Shown here: positions 7,184-14,431 of the stretch, piece after piece
How positions within the stretch are numbered: the first letter of the stretch is position 1
Layout: each line of letters starts with the position of its first letter
Position numbers and translations under genes: made by a program
Assembly: GCA_049472335.1 (NCBI GenBank)
Contig: JBLIRO010000078.1
Location: 1 to 21,114 of the forward strand
Length of the DNA: 21,114 nucleotides
Reading direction: 5' to 3'
Source of the DNA: a bacterium
GTDB lineage: Bacteria > SZUA-182 > DTGQ01 > JAFGSM01
Notes under the pieces: model-generated
What the model was told of the DNA's origin: nothing
Seen by the model: the letters and a program-made list of their open reading frames with translations, nothing else
Database searches by the model: none

Positions 7184-9550
7184 ATGAAAGGCTGCTGTCT
7201 TTGTGATTTATTTGCTGTTCGATTTCGTTTTGCTTTAATCCTATCCTCCGTAATTATTCTTTTACTTATTCTGCTTTCTCCCAAAATTGTCTATTCATTC
7301 GATATAACATTGGCATGGAATATGGCCGAAGTTGAAGAACTTGCCGGATTTAAAACCTTTTATCGCGAGGAAGGCCAGGACTACAATTATGATAATCCGG
7401 CATGGGATGGCAATGTTTCTGCCTGTACGATTACTATAGCTGATTTTAAAGAGGGCGTTCCTTATTATTTTGTAGTAAAGGCTTATAGTACAATGGGAGA
7501 CGTAAGTGACAATTCCAACGAGGTTCGATATCTGTCCACAGAAAACCTGGCTCCCATTGCAGATGCCGGACCCGATTTAACCAAGGATGAAGGATTAACA
7601 GTGACTTTAGACGGTTCCTGTTCAGTCGATCCGGACGGCAATATAATCTCATATAATTGGATACAATTGACGGGAACTAATGTTGAACTGACTGATTCAA
7701 ATTTGTACCAAGCTAGCTTCATAGCTCCGGATATCGGCCCAGGTGGTGAATTACTTACTTTCCAGTTAACGGTAACTGATGACGAAGATCTTCAATCAAC
7801 AGATATCTGTGAAGTAAATGTTTCCAATGTGGACGATCCACCAATAAATACCCCTCCCACAGCGGAGGCAAATGGCCCTTACACCGGGACAGAGGGCCAG
7901 GCTGTCAGTTTCAGCAGTGCGGGATCGGGGGATGTAAATGGGGATTCCCTTACATATAACTGGAACTTCGGGGATGGCGCCATAAGCTCCAATGCCAATC
8001 CTTCACACACCTATGTCCAAAACGGCGTATACAATGTCACCCTGACTCTGAACGACGGTTCGTCCAATAAATCGGATACTGCTATGGTAACAGTCTCAGA
8101 CATAGATCCCATAGTAAATTTCAGCGCAACGCCCACTTCGGGTGAAGCGCCGCTGACAGTCAACTTTACGGTCACAGCCAGCTCCTATGACGGCATAACG
8201 TCATATTCCTGGAACTTCGGAGACGGTAGCACATATGAGGGCGAAAATCCCAGACATACCTTTACCGACTCCGGCACCTATACAGTATCTCTTAGCGCCA
8301 CAGAACCAGACGGGGATATAGCAACTGATACATGTATTATAAAAGTTACATATATGGAAGAGCTTCCCACTTTAACAAGCTTATCAATAAGCGGGGATGG
8401 TTCATTGAATGAAAATTCGGTATCTAATTATATTGCAATAGCTCTGTTTAGTGATGGCAATACCAGGACCGTCACAGACGCTGTTACATGGAGTGCAGAC
8501 TCCCCATATGCAAACATTGACGGCACAGGCAAATTATCCGCTTTAGAGGTAATGAAAGATGAGATAATTACCATCACTGCTAACTATAATTTTAATGGTT
8601 TGACTAAAATAACAGAAAAACCAGTAACGATAATCGATATCTCCGAACCAACACCGGACCCGTTTAAACCGGTCATTACCTCTCCGTTAGACGGCCAGAC
8701 AGATTGTGAACTGATGGCCCATTTAACTACTTTACCGTTCTCGGACCCTAACGGTAATACTCATACTCAAACTCAATGGCAGATAAGCAAACAGGAAACC
8801 TTCTCAACATTAATTTTAGATATTACAAGCAATGAGCATCTCACGGAATTATCTGTTCCAAGTTTAGTTCTGGAGCCTGAAACGACATATTACGTCCGTG
8901 CAAGGTTCTTTAATAGTTTTCCTGAGATCTCAGACTGGTCCGATATCGTCGAGTTTAGAACAACCTCTGACATTAATGATCTCAATTATAATGGCATCCC
9001 CGATGGTCAGGAAATTCTCTCAAATACTGACATAAATGCAGACGGGATCGATGATTATAGCCAGCCTGAAACGATTAAATGTGTCCAAACCAATTATAGC
9101 GCCGATACTATTGCGGCTACAAAAGATCCTAATTCTGTCTTCTCTATAGAAGCGATGCAGGCAATCGATCCATCAGCAATATCAGAAGAAACCAGAAAAC
9201 CCAGAAAAATCATGCTCGCTCTTTTCGCATATCGAATCCGTTTAAATGAGCCTGGAATAACCATTTATCAAAGGATATATTTCTCAAGCAACATCAGGAT
9301 GGCAAAGAGTTTCTATAAATATGACAGTATTTATGGTTGGGAGGACTATACTCAGTATGTCACCTTTGACTATGAAACAAACTCCATAATCGTAGAACTC
9401 ACAGATGGCGGCAAGGGTGACAGTGATGGAACTGCAAACGGAATCATAGTAGATCCGGGCGGACTCGTTGAAGATGATTCTGCTGAAATATTCGACAACG
9501 GAAGCCCTAAAGGAGGGTGCTTTATTGAAAGTTTATTGACCGGTCGTTAG
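7184..9550 (+). CDS. Large exported multidomain surface protein, 788 aa (FN3-like, PKD x2-3, Ig-like, choice-of-anchor-U-like, C-terminal GGCFI motif)
   Basis: SD AGGAGG and a signal peptide. FN3-like N-terminus (ITLAWN...LAGFKTFY...YYFVVKAY...SDNSNEV), PKD-like APIADAGPD...VTLDGS, two PKD WNFGDG motifs, an Ig-like region, LTDGGKGDSDGTANGIIVDPGG, and a terminal GGCFIESLL. Confidence 0.9.
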   Translation: MKGCCLCDLFAVRFRFALILSSVIILLLILLSPKIVYSFDITLAWNMAEVEELAGFKTFYREEGQDYNYDNPAWDGNVSACTITIADFKEGVPYYFVVKAYSTMGDVSDNSNEVRYLSTENLAPIADAGPDLTKDEGLTVTLDGSCSVDPDGNIISYNWIQLTGTNVELTDSNLYQASFIAPDIGPGGELLTFQLTVTDDEDLQSTDICEVNVSNVDDPPINTPPTAEANGPYTGTEGQAVSFSSAGSGDVNGDSLTYNWNFGDGAISSNANPSHTYVQNGVYNVTLTLNDGSSNKSDTAMVTVSDIDPIVNFSATPTSGEAPLTVNFTVTASSYDGITSYSWNFGDGSTYEGENPRHTFTDSGTYTVSLSATEPDGDIATDTCIIKVTYMEELPTLTSLSISGDGSLNENSVSNYIAIALFSDGNTRTVTDAVTWSADSPYANIDGTGKLSALEVMKDEIITITANYNFNGLTKITEKPVTIIDISEPTPDPFKPVITSPLDGQTDCELMAHLTTLPFSDPNGNTHTQTQWQISKQETFSTLILDITSNEHLTELSVPSLVLEPETTYYVRARFFNSFPEISDWSDIVEFRTTSDINDLNYNGIPDGQEILSNTDINADGIDDYSQPETIKCVQTNYSADTIAATKDPNSVFSIEAMQAIDPSAISEETRKPRKIMLALFAYRIRLNEPGITIYQRIYFSSNIRMAKSFYKYDSIYGWEDYTQYVTFDYETNSIIVELTDGGKGDSDGTANGIIVDPGGLVEDDSAEIFDNGSPKGGCFIESLLTGR

Positions 9551-9590
9551 GAATTAGAGGCCTTTTGAATCTTTTAAAGTCTATTAAAAT

Positions 9591-9620
9591 AATGGGGCGA
9601 AGCCAAGCTTCGCCCCATTT
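9591..9620. terminator. Intrinsic terminator, likely bidirectional
   Basis: Perfect 13-bp stem AATGGGGCGAAGC / GCTTCGCCCCATT with a CAA loop, 40 bp after the PKD-gene stop. T-rich tails on both strands. Confidence 0.85.
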
Positions 9621-10049
9621 GTTATCAATAGAAATCCATGAGATTGCCTGTTGATAAATCGGGATGAAAAAATATCAAAAGGCTTAGATTAACTGTATTC
9701 TGTATGATTTTCTGATACTTCTCTTAGCAGAATGTGTACACCAATTATAATAAGAGCTTCAAGATCATCTTTTTCAGAACTTGCTGAGAATATGAAGCAA
9801 GGCTATGAAGAATATTTTAAACTACGGGAAAAACAAAATTCGCTGGAGTATCCGGATAGAGACTCAACAAGATACTGTGGTGGCCTTTTTCAGGCTATAA
9901 CATGGAAATCTATATTGTAACCTCTGACAACCTCCCTGGTTATAATTCTAAATACTCAATATCTATAAATTTATTAATAATAAATTAATAAAAGGGCAAG
10001 CGACATTACATATCAATCTATATTTTTCCCTTTTGTTAAAAAAAGAATG

Positions 10050-10065
10050 AGCAAAATATATGCCA
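10050..10065 (-). promoter_or_regulatory. Sigma-54 (-24/-12) promoter with no obvious downstream CDS
   Basis: Minus strand TGGCAT-ATATT-TTGCT, exact spacing. Confidence 0.7.
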
Positions 10066-10137
10066 GGAAACATATAAAGGCTAAGGATATAAGAACCAGA
10101 GGGATCCCATAAAAATAGACATTTAATTTTGTGAGCA

Positions 10138-10170
10138 TGTTAATAAAATTCTTATCAAATTTTATTAACA
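10138..10170. promoter_or_regulatory. Inverted repeat, candidate UAS for the 10050-10065 promoter (or terminator of the response-regulator gene)
   Basis: Perfect 13-bp arms TGTTAATAAAATT / AATTTTATTAACA with a 7-bp spacer, about 75-105 bp upstream of the -24 element. The stem is AT-rich, so it would be a weak terminator. Confidence 0.5.
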
Positions 10171-10194
10171 AAAATTACTAAGAAAACTGCAATA

Positions 10195-11565
10195 TCAGGA
10201 TATACCATATTTTCTCAATTTGAAACGAAGCGATGAATAGGGCATTTCCAATAACTTCGCAGCTTCTCTGCGATTCCATTTGGCTTTTTCCATGGCATCC
10301 AGTATTCTCTTTCTCTCCTGTTCTTCACCTGAACGGGTTGAAAATGAAGGCACATCCTGCGAAGATTTTAAAAGGCTGAGATGCCTGGCTTCGATGAGAC
10401 CGGAACGACAAAGGATTGCCGCCCTTTCGATAATATTGCGCAATTCCCGGGCATTACCCGGGAAATCATAATTAATTAGCATATCCCTGGCCTCTTGTGT
10501 GAAGCCATCAATTTGAAGTCCCCGGCCTATTATATATGTTGAAAGAAAATGCTCAGCAAGAGGGATAATGTCCTTTCGTCTTTCTCTCAGAGGCAAAAGT
10601 TGAATAGAAAACACATTTAGTCTGTAAAAAAGGTCATTACGAAACCTTTGTGATTCAACCAGCTTTTCCAAATTGACATTTGTAGCAGCTATCACCCTGA
10701 TATTCACCTCGATTTCATTAGAACCACCTACCCTTCGCAACCTTCGTGTCTCAAGAACGCGAAGGAGCTTGGCCTGAGCTAAAGGAGACAGATCCGCAAT
10801 TTCATCCAGAAATAGCGTGCCCCCATCAGCCAGCTCGAAATAACCTGCCTTGTCCATAGTTGCCCCTGTAAACGAACCCTTCACATGACCGAACAATTCG
10901 CTTTCTACAAGCGTATCAGGTATAGCTGGACAGCTTGCGGCTATGAATGGCCTTTCATCATCTCCACTCATAAAATGAATTTCCCTGGCCACAATCTCCT
11001 TGCCGGTTCCGGTTTCCCCTGAAATAAGAATTGTTTCACATTTTGCCTCGACAGCCATCTGGATTTGTTTTCTCACTTCATTCATTGCCTTGCTAACCCC
11101 AACAAAACATCGGTTCCTGAGACGAATATCCTCTGATGTTTGAAGCCCCCTGATAGTTTCCTTTAAGTGGCGTTGATCTTTTCGCAATTGGCTTAAACGG
11201 ACAGACTTTTCAAGCACCGCATCAAGTTCAAGAAGTTTGATTGGTTTAGTCAGGAAATCTGCCGCACCCGATCTCAAGGCCTGGATAACCATCTCCATAT
11301 TTCCATGACCGGTGATAATAACAGAAGATAAATCTGGTCGTATTTCCGAGATTTTTGATAATAAGGAGAGTCCATCCATCCCGGGCATTCTGACGTCTAT
11401 CAGGGCAAGATCATAATCCTTAGCTTTTATTAATTCAATGGCCTTGAGTCCTTCACGCACATTGTCCACTTCATGCCCGGAATCCTGAAGATAAGGGCTC
11501 AATGTCTGATGTACAATCTCCTCATCATCAATGAGAAGGATTCGTAAAGATTGTTCATCAACCAT
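10195..11565 (-). CDS. Sigma-54-dependent response regulator (NtrC/AtoC family enhancer-binding protein)
   Basis: Receiver domain (ILLIDDE, LIDVRMPGMDG, FLTKP). AAA+ domain with Walker A GETGTGKE, ESELFGHVKGSFTGA, Walker B LFLDEI, FRNDLFYRLNV and FPGNARELRN. Fis-type HTH at the C-terminus. Confidence 0.96.
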   Translation of the reverse strand: MVDEQSLRILLIDDEEIVHQTLSPYLQDSGHEVDNVREGLKAIELIKAKDYDLALIDVRMPGMDGLSLLSKISEIRPDLSSVIITGHGNMEMVIQALRSGAADFLTKPIKLLELDAVLEKSVRLSQLRKDQRHLKETIRGLQTSEDIRLRNRCFVGVSKAMNEVRKQIQMAVEAKCETILISGETGTGKEIVAREIHFMSGDDERPFIAASCPAIPDTLVESELFGHVKGSFTGATMDKAGYFELADGGTLFLDEIADLSPLAQAKLLRVLETRRLRRVGGSNEIEVNIRVIAATNVNLEKLVESQRFRNDLFYRLNVFSIQLLPLRERRKDIIPLAEHFLSTYIIGRGLQIDGFTQEARDMLINYDFPGNARELRNIIERAAILCRSGLIEARHLSLLKSSQDVPSFSTRSGEEQERKRILDAMEKAKWNRREAAKLLEMPYSSLRFKLRKYGIS

Positions 11566-13891
11566 TTCTTTTCTCCTTTTTTTGACTTTTCAGAGGCAAG
11601 GCGATGGTGACCGTCGTGCCGGAACCAGGCACCGATTCAATATCGATGCTGCCATGAAATCCTTCTATAATTGATTTCGAGATAGAAAGACCCAGGCCGG
11701 TCCCCTTATCCGGGTCTTTCGTGGTGAAAAAAGGATCGAATACCTTTTGCATCAATTCTTTGGGAATTCCTGTCCCGAAATCAATGACCTTTATTATTAC
11801 ATGGTGTTTTGTACCATCTTTTTGCTCCACTGTCCTGACCAAAATATGGGGAGAATCCTTGGGCAGGTTCATTTGTCTCTTTCCCGTAAATGCGTCCCTG
11901 GCATTATTTATAAGATTTAGAATGACCTCTTCCAAAGAAAAGGGATTAACCAGAACATCCGGTAAATTTTCTGCAAGATCACACTTAATGAGAAGCCCTC
12001 TATAGCGAAGTTGCGCACCTATAAGATCCATACCTGAAAGTATGACATCATTAACCTTTACAGGAAGAAGCTCGGAGTTGTCAGCGCTCCTTGCAAAGGT
12101 CCTGGCATGCTCAATTACATGTGTCATCCTTTCTGTTTGATCGATTATCAATTGGATCTTTTCCAGAATGGCTTCCTGGGAAATATTCCAGCCACGTTTA
12201 AGGCCGATCAGAATATGCTCAGCCAGTCCACGCACACCAAGGAGAGGCTGATTCAATTCATGGGCCATCCCTGTTGCCATTTCACCCAAAGATCTTAAGC
12301 GGTCCGATAATATCGCCCTGGCCCTTTGTTCCTCCAATTGACGCTCAGCCTCCTTTCTGGCTTGCTCCATACGGATACGTTCAGTGATATCAATGCCCAG
12401 CTCCAGAACCATGGGGGAACCATTTATGTCTGTAAATATTGTGTCATACATTTCATAGGTCCTTCCATCCGATGCCGTCCACTCTCTTTTGTATGTCTTT
12501 TTTTTATCATCGGCGCCAAGTGCTTTACATCTTTCACAGGCAATCTTACGTCCCTGGAGTATCTCATAGCACTGCCTCCCCTTGGGATCACCAAAAATCT
12601 TTCTGAATTTGAGATTTGCAAACGGGATTGAATCATCGGATGCTCTCAGAAATACAAGCGCAGGCAGGACATCCAGCACTGAAAATAATCTTTGTCTGTC
12701 AGCTTTGGCTATTTCACTCTGGCGCAACGCCTCCTCGGTGCGCTTACGCTCAGTGATATCCCGGAACGATTCAATAACACCTATAATTTCACCTCTCTTC
12801 TTCAAAGGGGTTGCTATGAGTTCAACGGGTATCTTCCTGCCATCTTTGGTTACCTTGATAGTTTCAATTTCAACCTTTTCTTCACCACTTAAGATACGTT
12901 TTAAAGTACACTTTTTTGTATGACAAAGCTCACCATGGAAATGTTCATAACATTTTGCCTCAGTACTTTCAACGGCTGATACACCTAAAAATTCTTCCAT
13001 CTGTCTATTGATCTGGACCATATTGAAATCTCTATCTATCACACACATACCATCTCCCGAACCATGAAGGATGCTGGAAATACGTTCCTGGGTATCTGCA
13101 AGTTTCCCAACCATTTCATTAAAAGAACCGGCAAGTTCGGCAATCTCATCGTTTGTCTTTACTGTCGCCCTTACACTTAAATCACCCCCCTTTATCTTTC
13201 GGGTAGCGAGAATCAGATTGCCAATAGGTTTTGTGATACCTTCGATAAGAAAATAGCTTAATATGATTCCGGTGAGAATTGCTACTATACCAAATATCAT
13301 AAGCAAGGTTAACATATGGATATGGATTGTAGTAATTCGCTCCATGGCTTTATCGGACAATTCTGTTAATACCATTCCCTCCTGTTTCAAGTCGTTTTCC
13401 AAACCTCTTGTGAATGAATCCATTTCTTCCATATAAAAGCCGCCACTTTTATCTTGCATTTGAAAATCGATGTTAAATACATCTAAGACCTTATTTTTAA
13501 ACATCGGCAACTTTTCTTCTATGATCAAAAGCTGATTTTCCGCCTTGCTCAGTACTTCTTCAAACTCAGGTCCGTACTTTTTTTTCTGGGCTATAATATG
13601 TTTTTTAAGCTTGATCTTTTTGTCAATTATCCCTTCATAATCCTCCAAAAAAATCTCTTTTTCATTATGATCCCCCTTGATAAGATAATCATGGGGCCCC
13701 ATAAGGATTTGTTCAAACAATATCCTTAATTCATCAAAATTATCGTGTATCTTTACTGCAATAGCTGCCTGATGTTTGGAAACCTGTACTTGATGAAGTC
13801 CCCATATTCCGGTTATTAAACAGCCGATAATTAATAAGATAAACGCTATTGCGAAGATTATGATTTTCTTTTTCAAAGTCAGATTTATCAT
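11558..13891 (-). CDS. Membrane sensor histidine kinase (TM - periplasmic - TM - HAMP - 2x PAS - HisKA - HATPase)
   Basis: Two TM segments, HAMP (ITKPI...DEIAELAGSFNEM), two PAS/PAC regions (RDITERKR, DITERIR), H-box MAHELNQPL, N-box NLINNARDA, and G1/F/G2 boxes (DFGTGI, FDPFFTTK, GTGLGL). It overlaps the response-regulator start by 8 bp, consistent with a cognate pair. Confidence 0.96.
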   Translation of the reverse strand: MINLTLKKKIIIFAIAFILLIIGCLITGIWGLHQVQVSKHQAAIAVKIHDNFDELRILFEQILMGPHDYLIKGDHNEKEIFLEDYEGIIDKKIKLKKHIIAQKKKYGPEFEEVLSKAENQLLIIEEKLPMFKNKVLDVFNIDFQMQDKSGGFYMEEMDSFTRGLENDLKQEGMVLTELSDKAMERITTIHIHMLTLLMIFGIVAILTGIILSYFLIEGITKPIGNLILATRKIKGGDLSVRATVKTNDEIAELAGSFNEMVGKLADTQERISSILHGSGDGMCVIDRDFNMVQINRQMEEFLGVSAVESTEAKCYEHFHGELCHTKKCTLKRILSGEEKVEIETIKVTKDGRKIPVELIATPLKKRGEIIGVIESFRDITERKRTEEALRQSEIAKADRQRLFSVLDVLPALVFLRASDDSIPFANLKFRKIFGDPKGRQCYEILQGRKIACERCKALGADDKKKTYKREWTASDGRTYEMYDTIFTDINGSPMVLELGIDITERIRMEQARKEAERQLEEQRARAILSDRLRSLGEMATGMAHELNQPLLGVRGLAEHILIGLKRGWNISQEAILEKIQLIIDQTERMTHVIEHARTFARSADNSELLPVKVNDVILSGMDLIGAQLRYRGLLIKCDLAENLPDVLVNPFSLEEVILNLINNARDAFTGKRQMNLPKDSPHILVRTVEQKDGTKHHVIIKVIDFGTGIPKELMQKVFDPFFTTKDPDKGTGLGLSISKSIIEGFHGSIDIESVPGSGTTVTIALPLKSQKKEKRNG

Positions 13892-14035
13892 TATTACTTA
13901 ACCTTTTTAAATTTAATATAATCTTGTCTCATTAAAGTTAATATTAAGCATAAAAATGTTTTTTGTCCAAAATTAGAATTGCTCTTTTAATATTAACCTC
14001 TATTAATATGATAAGGAATATGTTAAATATATTAT

Positions 14036-14431
14036 ATGTCAGAATTATTGAATTTTGTCTCTTTTTTACCTGCAGCACTTTTTTTCACCTTTTGGATTGC
14101 ATTTCCTGTTTGGCTGGCTTTAAGACGATCGCAGGGGCTCATTCGTATCGAGAGGACAAATCAAGATGGAGAAAGGGAACAGATAGGGATGCATCTGGAA
14201 TTGGGGATTTTTATCTTTGCCATACCTTTTACAGCCTTTTTCTTTTTTGTTGTCATATATCCCATTATAAGTTTTATAATCACAGATCCCACAGTCAGGT
14301 TTCAAAAATCCATTGACGTTTCTCTTATGCTGATGTCAATAATCATGTTTTTATATATCTACCTGGCAGAAAGAAAAATCTATCTTAGGGAACTTAAACG
14401 TAAAAATGGGATTAAAGATGATGATGACTAG
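14036..14431 (+). CDS. Hypothetical membrane protein, 131 aa (three hydrophobic segments)
   Basis: Fills the gap between two minus-strand genes. Three TM-like segments with a charged C-terminus. Its stop overlaps the convergent gene's stop by 4 bp (CTAG). No clear SD. Confidence 0.6.
   Translation: MSELLNFVSFLPAALFFTFWIAFPVWLALRRSQGLIRIERTNQDGEREQIGMHLELGIFIFAIPFTAFFFFVVIYPIISFIITDPTVRFQKSIDVSLMLMSIIMFLYIYLAERKIYLRELKRKNGIKDDDD

Noticed and set aside
9732..9920. 62-aa plus-strand ORF
   Set aside because: No SD, no motif, and it lies downstream of a strong terminator and antisense to the sigma-54 promoter. A gene fragment cannot be excluded, but a call is not supportable.
10855..10890. GSFTGA instead of GAFTGA as a sign of a sigma-54-independent regulator
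   Set aside because: It is a conservative variant that keeps the critical F and T, and three sigma-54 promoters lie nearby.
13963..14316. 117-aa alternative-frame ORF overlapping the 131-aa membrane protein
   Set aside because: It has a TTG start in AT-rich DNA and a Cys/His-scattered, non-protein-like composition. The 14036-14431 frame gives coherent TM segments.
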